Below are positions 7,942 to 17,224 of a stretch of 32,000 bases of DNA, in pieces; within the stretch, counting starts at the first letter, position 1, and each line of letters starts with the position of its first letter. This DNA comes from Micrococcus luteus NCTC 2665 (GTDB lineage: Bacteria; Actinomycetota; Actinomycetes; Actinomycetales; Micrococcaceae): NCBI RefSeq assembly GCF_000023205.1, contig NC_012803.1:1530001-1562000 (forward strand), read 5' to 3'. The notes under the pieces were generated by a model that saw only the letters and a program-made list of their open reading frames with translations, was not told where the DNA came from and did no database searches. A program made the translations under genes and the position numbers.

Positions 7942-9357
7942 TCAGCGGGTGGGGTTCCGGTCGCCGTCGGCGGCCATCGTGAAGTTCAGGCTGGAGTCGG
8001 GGTGGCCCTCGTAGGCCTGCTCGGCGACCGTCGGGGACTGCTGTGGGTCGTGCGCGGCGCCGCCATGGCCGGCCACGGTCGCCTCGTCGAACTTCAGCTC
8101 GCCGCTGAGGACGCGCCGGGCGCGCTCGCCGTCGAGCTCGCCCACCCAGCGGCCGATGAGGAGCGTGGCCACGGCGTTGCCGGTGAAGTCGGTCAGGGCG
8201 CGGGCCTCGGACATGAACTTGTCGATGCCCACGATCACTCCCATGCCTCCGAGCAGCTCGGGTCGGTGCGCCTCCAGGCCGGCGGCGAGCGTGGCCATGC
8301 CCGCGCCGGTGACGCCGGCCGCGCCCTTCGAGGCGATGATCATGAAGACCAGCAGGCCGATCTGCTCGCCGAGGTTCATCTCCGCGCCCATCGCGTTGGA
8401 GACGAAGAGCGCGGCCATGGTCAGGTAGATGGCGGTGCCGTCCAGGTTGAAGGAGTAGCCGGTGGGCACGGTCACGCCCACGACGGACTTGTCCACGCCG
8501 GCGTGCTCCATCTTGGCGATCAGGCGGGGCAGGGCGGCCTCGGAGGAGCTGGTGGCGAAGATGAGCAGGTACTCCCGGCCCAGGTACTTCATGAGGGACA
8601 GGATGCTCAGGCCGGTCACGACCTTCAGGATGGTGCCGAGCACCACCACGATGAAGGCGATGCAGGTCAGGTAGAAGGCGCCCATGAGCAGCGCCATGGC
8701 GCCGATCGCGGACCAGCCCGTGGAGCCGACGACGGCGGCGATCGCACCGAAGGCGCCGATCGGGGCGACCCACATCACCATCATGAGGATGCGGAACACG
8801 ACGCCCTGGATCAGCGTGAGACCACGCAGCAGCGGGGCGCCGGCCGGGCCCATCTGCTGCAGGGCGAAGCCCACGAGCAGGGCGACGAACAGGGTGGGCA
8901 GCACCGGCAGGGAGCCGGGGATGATGTCCAGCAGGAACTGGACGGTGCCGTCCACCGCGGCCGTGGGCTTGTTCGGGTCGTAGGGCGTCAGCTTGAGGCC
9001 CTCACCGGGGTGGATGAGGTTGCCGACGACGAGGCCGACGGCCAGCGCGAACGTGGACATCGCCATGAAGTAGGCCAGGGCGATGCCGCCCACGCGGCCG
9101 ACGGTCGCGGCCTTGGCGATCGAGCCGACGCCGAGGGCGATCGTGCAGAAGATGACCGGGCCGATCATCATCTTGATGAGGGAGACGAAGCCGTCGCCCA
9201 GGGGCTTGAGGGACTTGCCGAACTCGGGGAAGAGCAGGCCGACGGCGGCGCCCAGCACCACCGAGGCGATCACGGCGATGTACAGCCAGTGGGTGCGGTC
9301 CTTCTTCTCCGCCGGGGCCGGCGGGGCCGAGGTCTCGGCCGGTGGGGTGTGCGCCAT
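7942..9357 (-). CDS. dctA: C4-dicarboxylate/sodium-proton symporter, DAACS family (DctA)
   Basis: Contains WLYIAVIASVVLGAAVGLLFPEFGKSLKPLGDGFVSLIKMMIGPVIFCTIALGVGSI and later ...SSSEAALP..., typical of DctA/GltP. I prefer ATG at 9357 (MAHTPPAE). The track's GTG at 9429 would add 24 residues. Confidence 0.9.
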   Translation of the reverse strand: MAHTPPAETSAPPAPAEKKDRTHWLYIAVIASVVLGAAVGLLFPEFGKSLKPLGDGFVSLIKMMIGPVIFCTIALGVGSIAKAATVGRVGGIALAYFMAMSTFALAVGLVVGNLIHPGEGLKLTPYDPNKPTAAVDGTVQFLLDIIPGSLPVLPTLFVALLVGFALQQMGPAGAPLLRGLTLIQGVVFRILMMVMWVAPIGAFGAIAAVVGSTGWSAIGAMALLMGAFYLTCIAFIVVVLGTILKVVTGLSILSLMKYLGREYLLIFATSSSEAALPRLIAKMEHAGVDKSVVGVTVPTGYSFNLDGTAIYLTMAALFVSNAMGAEMNLGEQIGLLVFMIIASKGAAGVTGAGMATLAAGLEAHRPELLGGMGVIVGIDKFMSEARALTDFTGNAVATLLIGRWVGELDGERARRVLSGELKFDEATVAGHGGAAHDPQQSPTVAEQAYEGHPDSSLNFTMAADGDRNPTR

Positions 9358-9451
9358 GGGGCGTTCCGTTCTGTGCGGTGGTGGGGCGCCGCCGAGCGGT
9401 CCGCAGCGGCGCGGGAGGGATGTGACCACTCTCGCGGGCCGGGGTGGCGTC

Positions 9452-9478
9452 GGTCACGATTACGGTCATAGTGGTCAC
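9452..9478. promoter_or_regulatory. Three GGTCA(C/T) hexamers in the dctA / sensor-kinase divergent intergenic region; candidate response-regulator or promoter elements
   Basis: GGTCAC is at 9452-9457, GGTCAT at 9464-9469 and GGTCAC at 9473-9478. An inverted copy, GTGACCAC, lies at 9422-9429 and is the reverse complement of GTGGTCAC at 9471-9478. This is the least GC-rich patch of the intergenic region. Confidence 0.3.
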
Positions 9479-9544
9479 GGCGGCCCGCGGGCTGAAGGAT
9501 CGTGGGAGCGGACCGGCGCGTCGCCGGCCCGAGGGAGGAGAGGC

Positions 9545-11146
9545 ATGCGCCACCCGTGGTCGATCGCCCGGCGGATCGCCGTGGTCCACGTGGCGCTCGT
9601 GGCGGCCATCGCCCTGTTCAGCGTGTGGAGCGCCTACCTCGAGGCCCGCGAGGTGGCCCTGCGCGTCGAGGAGCGCCACGTCCAGGGAGTCACCACCCTC
9701 GTGGCGCGCGACCCCGCGCTCGTCTCGGCCCTGCGGGCCGGCGACGCCCCCGCCCTGCAGTCCGGGATCGACGGCTGGATCGCCGAGGCGCAGGTCTCGT
9801 GGCTGACCGTGATGGATCCGGACGGGATGCGGTTGGCGAGCTGGCGCCTCGAGCAGGTCGGTGTCCGCTACCCGAGGCCGGTGGACGCCGTCGTCGCCGG
9901 GGACACCGTCGTGGAGCTCTCGAGCACCGGTGCCGCGGGCCGTTCGGTGCGCGCGCTCGCGCCGGTCGTGGGCCCGGAGGACGGCACCGTCCTGGGCGTG
10001 GTCACGATGGGCGTGCAGATCTCCGACGTCACCATCATGGCCGAGGCGCAGATCCCCGGCATCCTGCTGGGCTCGGCCGCCGTGGCCGCCGTCGGCCTGC
10101 TCGTCGCGTGGCTCGTGGGCCGGTATCTGAACCGGGTGACGCTCGGACGCGGCCCCGAGCAGATCGCCGAGCAGTTCCTGCTGGCGGAGACGGCCATGGA
10201 CTCGCTCGAGGCCGGCGTCGTGGTCCTCGCCCCGGACGGGCGGGTCCGCCTGCACAACGACGCCGCGGCGCGCCTGCTCGGCTGGGAGGACGCGGGCGAG
10301 CCTCGACTGCCCACCGAGCTCTCCGCGGCCCTGCCGGGCGCGGTCAGCGGCGAGGCGAGCCTCGCCGTCGGCGGGCGGGTCCTCGTGGTGCAGCAGCGTG
10401 TCGTGCGGGCGCCCGGCCGCTCCGACCCCGGCGGGTCGGTCCCGCCGACGGCCCTCGCCGCGGCCGCCCGCGAGGGCGTGACCACCGCCCCGGCGGGATC
10501 GCGCGTGCTCGTCCTGCACGACCGCACCGACCTGCAGCGGCTCGGCGACGAGCTCACCGTGGCCCACACCCTGACCACGGCGCTGCGCGCGCAGACGCAC
10601 GAGCACGCCAACCAGCTGCACACCGCCCTCGCCCTCGTCGAGTCGGGCCGGCTGGAGGCGGCCCGCGCCGTGCTGTCCCGACGCGCCGCGGACGAGGAGG
10701 CCTCCGACGACGTCCTCGCCGCCCTGCTCGACGCGAAGGCCGCCCAGGCGCGTGAGCGGGGCGTGGCGCTGACCTGGTCCGCAGAGCTGACCGCGCCCGC
10801 CCCGCTGCGCCCGCTCGACCTGCTGACCGTGCTGGGCAACCTGGTGGACAACGCCCTCGACGCCGCCGCCGCACCGGACCTGTCCGCGGCAGACCGGTGG
10901 GTCGACGTCGAGGTGGTCTCGGACGCCGCGGGCCTGCTCGTGCAGGTGGCCGACGCGGACCGCGGCCGACTCTTCGACCGGGGCTGGTCGACGAAGCCCG
11001 TCGGCGCCGCCGGACGCGGCATGGGGCTGTGGCTGACGCGGCGGATCGCGGAGGAGGCCGGCGGGGTCGCGGACGTCGCGACCGACTCGGGCACCGTGTT
11101 CATCGTGGAGGTGCCCCGCGGCCCCCGACCCCAGGAGGTGACATGA
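9545..11146 (+). CDS. Sensor histidine kinase, DcuS/CitA family
   Basis: ATG at 9545 is preceded by GAGGGAGGAGAGG. There are two TM segments (IAVVHVALVAAIALFSVW and IPGILLGSAAVAAVGLLVAWLVG) flanking a ~150-aa extracytoplasmic domain. It has a cytoplasmic PAS-like region, the H-box LRAQTHEHANQLHT (SpoOB-type dimerisation domain), the N-box LGNLVDNALDA and the G2 motif GRGMGLWL. Confidence 0.85.
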   Translation: MRHPWSIARRIAVVHVALVAAIALFSVWSAYLEAREVALRVEERHVQGVTTLVARDPALVSALRAGDAPALQSGIDGWIAEAQVSWLTVMDPDGMRLASWRLEQVGVRYPRPVDAVVAGDTVVELSSTGAAGRSVRALAPVVGPEDGTVLGVVTMGVQISDVTIMAEAQIPGILLGSAAVAAVGLLVAWLVGRYLNRVTLGRGPEQIAEQFLLAETAMDSLEAGVVVLAPDGRVRLHNDAAARLLGWEDAGEPRLPTELSAALPGAVSGEASLAVGGRVLVVQQRVVRAPGRSDPGGSVPPTALAAAAREGVTTAPAGSRVLVLHDRTDLQRLGDELTVAHTLTTALRAQTHEHANQLHTALALVESGRLEAARAVLSRRAADEEASDDVLAALLDAKAAQARERGVALTWSAELTAPAPLRPLDLLTVLGNLVDNALDAAAAPDLSAADRWVDVEVVSDAAGLLVQVADADRGRLFDRGWSTKPVGAAGRGMGLWLTRRIAEEAGGVADVATDSGTVFIVEVPRGPRPQEVT

Positions 11147-11859
11147 CCGCCCGCCCGTACCGGGTGCTCGTCGTCGAGGACGAGCAGCTGACGGCCGAGG
11201 CCTACGTGGCGCACCTGGACCGGCTGCCGGGCTTCGAGGTGTCCGCGGTGGCCGGTTCTCTGCTGGCGGCACGGCAGGTCGCCGCGGCGGGCCTGCATAC
11301 GGACGGGCGCTTCCCCTTCGACGTCGTGCTGCTGGACATGAACCTGCCGGACGGGCACGGCCTGGACTTCCTGCACCAACTGCGCGCGGCCGGCTTCCAC
11401 GGCGGGGTGCTGGCGCTCACCGCGGCCACCGACCTGCCGGTGGTGCGCCGGGCCGTCGCGTACGGCGTGACGCAGTACCTCGTGAAGCCGTTCGGGTTCG
11501 ACGAGTTCGCGGATCGGCTGGGCGGGTTCCGCGCCGCCTCGGCGATGCTGGCCGGCGACGGCGCCCTCGAGGGCCAGGAGCAGGTGGACGCCGTCTTCCG
11601 CGTCTCCCGCGAGCGGCGCGCCGAGGCCCTGCCCAAGGGGCTGACCGAGGGCACCCTGCGCGAGGTGATGGACCTGCTGGGGGCGGACCCGGAGACCGCC
11701 CTGAGCGCGGCCGAGGTGGGCGAGCGCCTGGGCATCTCCCGCGTGACGGCCCGGCGCTATCTCGAGCACCTCGAGCGGATCCGGCGGGTGCGGCGCTCGG
11801 CCCGGCACGGTGGCCGCGGCCGGCCCGAGCAGGAGTACCGCTGGGCCGGCCGCGCGTGA
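11143..11859 (+). CDS. Response regulator, CitB/DcuR family (receiver plus C-terminal HTH)
   Basis: ATG at 11143 overlaps the kinase stop (ATGA) and has an AGGAGG Shine-Dalgarno. It contains YRVLVVEDEQL...VVLLDMNLPDGHG...LVKPF and the C-terminal HTH SAAEVGERLGISRVTARRYLEHL. Confidence 0.85.
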   Translation: MTARPYRVLVVEDEQLTAEAYVAHLDRLPGFEVSAVAGSLLAARQVAAAGLHTDGRFPFDVVLLDMNLPDGHGLDFLHQLRAAGFHGGVLALTAATDLPVVRRAVAYGVTQYLVKPFGFDEFADRLGGFRAASAMLAGDGALEGQEQVDAVFRVSRERRAEALPKGLTEGTLREVMDLLGADPETALSAAEVGERLGISRVTARRYLEHLERIRRVRRSARHGGRGRPEQEYRWAGRA

Positions 11860-11866
11860 GCGGGGC

Positions 11867-13822
11867 TCAGCGGGCCGGGCGCAGCACCCCGGCGAGGGCC
11901 TCGAGCACGGCGGGGTCCTCGATGGTCGAGGGCACCGCGTACTCCTCGCCGTCGGCCATCTGCCGCATGGTCTTGCGCAGGATCTTGCCCGAGCGGGTCT
12001 TTGGCAGCGCGTCCACCACGACGACGTCGCGGAAGTCCGCCACCGGGCCCACCTCGCGGCGCACCGCCTGACGCAGCTCGCCCAGGAGCGCGGCCTCGGC
12101 CTCGGAGCCGGGCTCGGGCGTCTCGACGCCGGACTTGAGGACCACGTAGCCCGACGGCCGCTGACCCTTGAGCGGGTCCGCGACGCCGATCACGGCGCAC
12201 TCGGCCACCGCCGGGTGGGAGGCCAGAGCGGCCTCGAGGACGCCCGTGGACAGCCGATGTCCGGAGACGTTGATGACGTCGTCGGTGCGGCCGAGCACGA
12301 ACACGTAGCCGTCCTCGTCCACGACGCCGGAGTCGCCGGTCGCGTAATGGCCGGGGAAGGCGCTGAGGTAGGAGTCGATGTAGCGCTGGTCGTCGCGCCA
12401 CAGGGTGGGCAGGGTGCCCGGGGGCAGCGGCAGCCGCAGGGCGATGTTGCCCTCGGTCCCGGCGGGCACGGGCTCGCCCAGGCCGTCCAGGACCACGAGA
12501 TCGACGCCCGGCGAGGGCACCGAGGACGAGCCGATCTTCACCGGCAGCTGCTCCAGGCCCACCGGGTTCGCCGCGATGGCCCAGCCGGTCTCGGTCTGCC
12601 ACCAGTGGTCGATCACCGGCATGCCCAGCAGGCCCTCGATCCACCGCTGCGTCTCCGGGTCCAGGCGCTCGCCCGCGGCGAAGAAGTGCCGCAGGGAGGA
12701 CAGGTCGTGGTCCTTGAGCAGCTCGCCCTCGGGGTCGGCGCGGCGGATCGCGCGCAGCGCCGTGGGGGCCGTGAAGAAGGAGCGCACGCCGTGGTCCTCG
12801 ATGAGCCGCCAGAACGCGCCGGCGTCGGGGGTGCCCACGGGCTTGCCCTCGTACATGACCGTGGTGGCCCCGGCCAGGAGCGGGCCGTAGACGATGTAGG
12901 AGTGCCCCACGACCCAGCCCACGTCCGAGGCCGTGCACATCGCCTGTCCCGGGCCGACGTCGTAGATGTGCTCCATGGTCCAGCGCAGGGCGACGGCGTG
13001 GCCCCCGTTGTCCCGGACGACGCCCTTCGGCTTGCCCGTGGTGCCCGAGGTGTACAGCACGTACAGCGGGTCGGTGGCCTGGACCGGGACGCAGTCGGCC
13101 GGCTCGGCGGCCGCGACGGCCTCGCCCCAGTCCTCCCAGCTCGCGCCCCCGCGCCCGTCGGCGTCCGCGAGCGCGGTCTCGAAGCCCTCGCGGTGATGGA
13201 CCAGCACCGTGCGCACGGGATGCGCGGCGGTCTCGAGCGCCTCGGCCACAGCGGGCAGGTACTCGACCCGGCGCTTGGGCTCGATGCCGCCGGAGCAGGT
13301 GAGCACGACGTCGGGGGCGGCGTCGTCGATGCGGGAGGCGAGCTCGCGCGGGGCGAAGCCGCCGAAGACCACGGAGTGCACCGCGCCGAGCCGCGCGCAC
13401 GCCAGCATCGCGATGTGGGCCTGCGGGATCATCGGCAGGTACACCAGGACGCGGTCGCCCTTGCCGACGCCGCGCGCGGCCAGGGCGCCGGCCAGACGGG
13501 CCACCGCGTCCGTGAGCTCGGCGTACGTGTAGCGGGTGACCTCGCCGGTCATCGCGGAGTCGTGGATCAGCGCGACGGCGTCCCCGCGGCCCGCCTCGAC
13601 GTGCCGGTCCAGGCAGTTGTAGGCGGTGTTCAGCTCGCCGTCCGGGAACCAGCGGTACAGGGGCGCGGCGGAGTCGTCGAGGGCGCGCGTGGGCGCGACG
13701 GTCCAGTCGATGGCGCGCGCCGCGTCGAGCCAGAACCCCTCGGGGTCGCGGAGGGAGCGGGCGTGGGCGTCGGCGTACGCGCCGGAGGGGCGGTCTTCGG
13801 TGGGGGCATCGTGGGTCGCCAT
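11867..13822 (-). CDS. prpE: Propionate-CoA ligase (propionyl-CoA synthetase), acyl-AMP-forming family
   Basis: 651 aa from ATG at 13822 (MATHDAPTED). Long collinear matches to PrpE as I remember it: FWLDAARAIDW, VYLPMIPQAHIAMLACARLGAVHSVVFGGFA, YTSGTTGKPKGV, CASDVGWVVGHSYIVYGPLLAG, GRTDDVINVSGHRL, LPKTRSGKILR. It is adjacent to prpDBC. Confidence 0.85.
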   Translation of the reverse strand: MATHDAPTEDRPSGAYADAHARSLRDPEGFWLDAARAIDWTVAPTRALDDSAAPLYRWFPDGELNTAYNCLDRHVEAGRGDAVALIHDSAMTGEVTRYTYAELTDAVARLAGALAARGVGKGDRVLVYLPMIPQAHIAMLACARLGAVHSVVFGGFAPRELASRIDDAAPDVVLTCSGGIEPKRRVEYLPAVAEALETAAHPVRTVLVHHREGFETALADADGRGGASWEDWGEAVAAAEPADCVPVQATDPLYVLYTSGTTGKPKGVVRDNGGHAVALRWTMEHIYDVGPGQAMCTASDVGWVVGHSYIVYGPLLAGATTVMYEGKPVGTPDAGAFWRLIEDHGVRSFFTAPTALRAIRRADPEGELLKDHDLSSLRHFFAAGERLDPETQRWIEGLLGMPVIDHWWQTETGWAIAANPVGLEQLPVKIGSSSVPSPGVDLVVLDGLGEPVPAGTEGNIALRLPLPPGTLPTLWRDDQRYIDSYLSAFPGHYATGDSGVVDEDGYVFVLGRTDDVINVSGHRLSTGVLEAALASHPAVAECAVIGVADPLKGQRPSGYVVLKSGVETPEPGSEAEAALLGELRQAVRREVGPVADFRDVVVVDALPKTRSGKILRKTMRQMADGEEYAVPSTIEDPAVLEALAGVLRPAR

Positions 13823-13863
13823 GGACCCAGGGTAGTGCTGTGGATCACACCCGGCAAGAGATC

Positions 13864-13871
13864 TGTATACA
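13864..13871. promoter_or_regulatory. Perfect palindrome TGTATACA, candidate GntR-type operator upstream of prpE
   Basis: Read directly at 13864-13871, 42 bp upstream of the prpE start. It fits the generic GntR-family operator pattern GT-N-AC and shares its core with the palindrome at 14022-14031. Confidence 0.4.
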
Positions 13872-14021
13872 TTTCTTGTCCCGTGCGGGAGGCGTGGTGG
13901 CACACGGGCGTCCCCCGTCGGGGACGCACCACCCAGCCCCCGCACGCCGGACGACGCTCCCCGTGGACCGCGTCACCCGGCACGAGTGTCGGACACACCC
14001 CCTGCTCTCGGCGGGACTGTT

Positions 14022-14031
14022 GTGTATACAC
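14022..14031. promoter_or_regulatory. Perfect palindrome GTGTATACAC, candidate GntR-type operator overlapping a possible -10 element of the regulator-prpDBC operon
   Basis: Read directly at 14022-14031, ending 7 bp before the ATG at 14039. TACACT (14027-14032) fits the actinobacterial TANNNT -10 pattern at the spacing expected for a leaderless transcript. No Shine-Dalgarno precedes the ATG. Confidence 0.4.
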
Positions 14032-14038
14032 TGGCGGC

Positions 14039-14728
14039 ATGCGAGCGAGTGAGCGGGCGTACCAGACCCTGAGGGCGGAGATCCTCGACTGGTCCCTCCC
14101 ACCGGGCGCGGGCCTGGGCGAGGTGGAGCAGGCCGAGCGCCTGGGCATCTCGCGCACCCCTCTGCGCGAGGCGCTCTCCCGCCTGGTGGCCGACGGCCTG
14201 GCCGAGCAGGCACCGGGCCGGGGCATCGTCGTGGCCGACCTGTCCCTCGAGCAGGCGGACCAGCTGTTCGACCTGCGCATCGCCCTCGAGTCCCTCCTGG
14301 CGCGCCGGGCCGCGCAGCGGGCCACCCCGGAGGCGGCCGAGCGGTTCACGGTCCTCGCGGGCCGTTTCCAGGAGGCCGAGACGGCCCTGCGCGGCGGGAC
14401 CGACCCGGCGGACTACTACGCGATGACGGCCGAGCTGGACAGCCGGCTGGACGAGGCCGCCGCGAACCCCTACCTCGTCTCCACCCTGCGCACCCTGCGC
14501 CTGCACCTGGCACGCCTGCGCCGACTGGCCGCGGACGACCCGGCCCGCCTCGCGGCCTCCGCCGCGGAGCACGCGGACATCGCCGACGCCGTCGGCTCGG
14601 GCGCCGCAGACCTCGCGGAGGCGACCACGCGGGTCCACCTGCACCACGCCTTCCACCATCTGACCCGGCGCGGCCGCGCCGAGGAGACCCCGACCCTGCT
14701 GACCCCCACCGAAGGAGACCGACCATGA
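14039..14728 (+). CDS. GntR-family transcriptional regulator (FadR/FCD subfamily), likely regulator of propionate catabolism
   Basis: 229 aa. The N-terminal winged HTH is [48 protein letters not shown], followed by an all-helical FCD-like C-terminal domain. Its stop overlaps the prpD start (ATGA at 14725-14728). Confidence 0.85.
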   Translation: MRASERAYQTLRAEILDWSLPPGAGLGEVEQAERLGISRTPLREALSRLVADGLAEQAPGRGIVVADLSLEQADQLFDLRIALESLLARRAAQRATPEAAERFTVLAGRFQEAETALRGGTDPADYYAMTAELDSRLDEAAANPYLVSTLRTLRLHLARLRRLAADDPARLAASAAEHADIADAVGSGAADLAEATTRVHLHHAFHHLTRRGRAEETPTLLTPTEGDRP

Positions 14729-16251
14729 AGAACCATCACGTGCGCGTCCACCGCTCCGAGGAGAACCTCGAGCGCAAGGACCAGCTGGCCTGGAAGCTGG
14801 CCGAGGTGGCCGTCGACGACGTCGAGGTGCTGCCCGAGGTCGAGGAGATGATCATCAACCGGATCATCGACAACGCCTCCGTCGCGGTCGCCTCGCTGAA
14901 GCGCGGCCCGATCGTCGCCGCCCGCGCCCAGGCCCTGTCCCACCCGGTCTCCACCGGCGGTGCGGGCGCCTCCGTGTTCGGTGTGGAGCAGAAGGTCTCC
15001 CCCGAGTGGGCCGCGTGGGCCAACGGCGTGGCCGTCCGCGAGCTGGACTACCACGACACGTTCCTGGCCGCCGAGTACTCCCACCCGGGCGACAACATCC
15101 CGCCGATCCTCGCCGTCGCCCAGCATGCCGGCCGCTCCGGCAAGGACCTGATCCGCGGCATCGCCACCGGCTACGAGATCCAGGTGGACCTCGTGAAGTC
15201 CATCAACCTGTACGGCCACAAGATCGACCACGTGGCCCACATCGGCCCCTCCGCCTCCGCCGGCATCGGCACCCTGCTCGGACTGGACACCGAGACCATC
15301 TTCCAGGCCATCGGCCAGGGCCTGCACACCACCACCGCCACCCGCCAGTCCCGCAAGGGCGAGATCTCCACGTGGAAGGCCCACGCCCCGGCGTTCGCCG
15401 GCAAGATGGCCGTCGAGGCCGTGGACCGCGCCATGCGCGGCCAGACCTCCCCCGTCCCGATCTACGAGGGCGAGGACGGCGTGATCGCCTGGCTGCTGGA
15501 CGGCCCGGACGCCTCCTACGAGGTGCCGCTGCCCGAGCAGGGCGAGCCCAAGCGCGGCATCCTGGACACCTACACCAAGGAGCACTCGGCCGAGTACCAG
15601 GCCCAGGCCTGGATCGATCTGGCCCGCAAGCTCCACAGGGAGCACCCGGAGGCCACCGACCCGGCGAACGTCGAGTCGGTGCTGATCAAGACCTCGCACC
15701 ACACCCACTACGTGATCGGCTCGGGCGCCAACGACCCGCAGAAGTACGATCCGACGGCCTCGCGCGAGACCCTCGACCACTCGATCCCCTACATCTTCAC
15801 CGTGGCCCTGCAGGACGGCTCCTGGCACCACGTGGACTCCTACGCCCCCGAGCGCGCCCAGCGCGAGGACACCGTGGCCCTGTGGCACAGGGTGACCACC
15901 GTGGAGGACCCGGAGTGGACCCGCCGCTACCACTCGCTGGACCTCGCGGAGAAGGCGTTCGGCGGAGCGGTGGAGATCACCCTCAAGGACGGCACCGTCA
16001 TCACCGACGAGATCGCCGTGGCCGACGCCCACCCGCTCGGCGCCCGGCCGTTCGCCCGCGAGCAGTACATCCAGAAGTTCCGCACCCTGGCCGAGGGCAT
16101 CGTCTCGAAGGAGGAGCAGGACCGCTTCCTGGCCGCCGCCGAGCGCGTGGCCGAGCTGCAGCCCGGCGAGCTGGACCAGCTGAACGTCCTGGCGGACCCG
16201 GCGTCCCTGTCCGAGGCCGGCCTCGCCGCCGCCCCGAAGGGCCTGTTCTGA
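14725..16251 (+). CDS. prpD: 2-methylcitrate dehydratase (MmgE/PrpD family)
   Basis: 508 aa with a GAAGGAGA Shine-Dalgarno. The size, PrpD-family sequence (...[28 protein letters not shown]...) and position before prpB and prpC all agree. Confidence 0.9.
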   Translation: MKNHHVRVHRSEENLERKDQLAWKLAEVAVDDVEVLPEVEEMIINRIIDNASVAVASLKRGPIVAARAQALSHPVSTGGAGASVFGVEQKVSPEWAAWANGVAVRELDYHDTFLAAEYSHPGDNIPPILAVAQHAGRSGKDLIRGIATGYEIQVDLVKSINLYGHKIDHVAHIGPSASAGIGTLLGLDTETIFQAIGQGLHTTTATRQSRKGEISTWKAHAPAFAGKMAVEAVDRAMRGQTSPVPIYEGEDGVIAWLLDGPDASYEVPLPEQGEPKRGILDTYTKEHSAEYQAQAWIDLARKLHREHPEATDPANVESVLIKTSHHTHYVIGSGANDPQKYDPTASRETLDHSIPYIFTVALQDGSWHHVDSYAPERAQREDTVALWHRVTTVEDPEWTRRYHSLDLAEKAFGGAVEITLKDGTVITDEIAVADAHPLGARPFAREQYIQKFRTLAEGIVSKEEQDRFLAAAERVAELQPGELDQLNVLADPASLSEAGLAAAPKGLF

Positions 16252-17189
16252 TGCTGTACTCGACGAAGACGGCCGAACAGAAGCGGATCGACCTGCGGCA
16301 GGCCCTGAAGCAGGGCGGCGCCCAGCAGTTCCCGGGCGCGTTCACGCCGCTGACCGCCAAGCTGATCCAGGAGAAGGGCTTCCCCGGGGTGTACATCTCC
16401 GGCGGCGTGCTCGCGAACGAGCTGGGCCTGCCCGACGTCGGGCTGACCACGCTCACCGAGGTGGCCGTGCGCGGCGGGCAGATCGCCCGCCTCACGGACC
16501 TGCCGTGCCTCATCGACGCGGACACCGGCTTCGGCGAGCCGATGAACGTGGCCCGCACGGTGCAGGAGTTCGAGAACGCCGGCCTGGCCGGCTGCCACAT
16601 CGAGGACCAGTTCAACCCCAAGCGGTGCGGCCACCTCGACGGCAAGAACATGGTGGACCTCGACACCGCGGTCAAGCGCATCGCCGCCGCCGTCCATGCC
16701 CGCCGGGACCCGAACTTCCTCATCATGGCGCGCACCGACCTGCGTGCCGTGGAGGGCCTGGAGGCCGCGATCGCCCGCATGAAGGCGCTCGTGGAGGCCG
16801 GCGCGGACGCGATCTTCCCGGAGGCCCTGAAGGACATCGGCGAGTTCGAGACCGTGTGTCGCGAACTGGAGCCCCTCGGGGTCCCGGTCCTGGCGAACAT
16901 GACCGAGTTCGGCAAGTCCGAGCTGTTCACCCGCCAGCAGCTGGCCGACGCCGGCGTCGCGATGGTGATCTACCCGGTCACCCTGCTGCGCTCCGCGATG
17001 GGCGCCGCCGAGCGCGTGCTCGACGCCATCAAGGAGGAGGGCACCCAGCAGTCGCAGGTGGAGCAGATGCTCACCCGCGCCCGCCTCTACGAGCTGGTGG
17101 ACTACGAGGGCTACAACGCCTTCGACACGGGCATCTTCAACTTCGACGTGCCCACGCTCGACATCGGCGCCAACCACGCCGACCTCTGA
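16251..17189 (+). CDS. prpB: 2-methylisocitrate lyase
   Basis: 312 aa from ATG at 16251, sharing one nucleotide with the prpD stop. It has PEP-mutase/isocitrate-lyase superfamily motifs: PGAFTPLTAKL, IDADTGFGE, HIEDQFNPKRCGHLDGK. Confidence 0.9.
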   Translation: MLYSTKTAEQKRIDLRQALKQGGAQQFPGAFTPLTAKLIQEKGFPGVYISGGVLANELGLPDVGLTTLTEVAVRGGQIARLTDLPCLIDADTGFGEPMNVARTVQEFENAGLAGCHIEDQFNPKRCGHLDGKNMVDLDTAVKRIAAAVHARRDPNFLIMARTDLRAVEGLEAAIARMKALVEAGADAIFPEALKDIGEFETVCRELEPLGVPVLANMTEFGKSELFTRQQLADAGVAMVIYPVTLLRSAMGAAERVLDAIKEEGTQQSQVEQMLTRARLYELVDYEGYNAFDTGIFNFDVPTLDIGANHADL

Positions 17190-17198
17190 CCCGTCACC

Positions 17199-17224
17199 GG
17201 GCCCGCCCGTGCGCGGGCGGGCCC
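17199..17224 (+). promoter_or_regulatory. Perfect 11-bp GC hairpin between prpB and prpC (intercistronic RNA structure)
   Basis: GGGCCCGCCCG (17199-17209), loop TGCG, then CGGGCGGGCCC (17214-17224). There is no U-tract. It starts 10 nt after the prpB stop and ends 21 nt before the prpC ATG. Confidence 0.5.
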
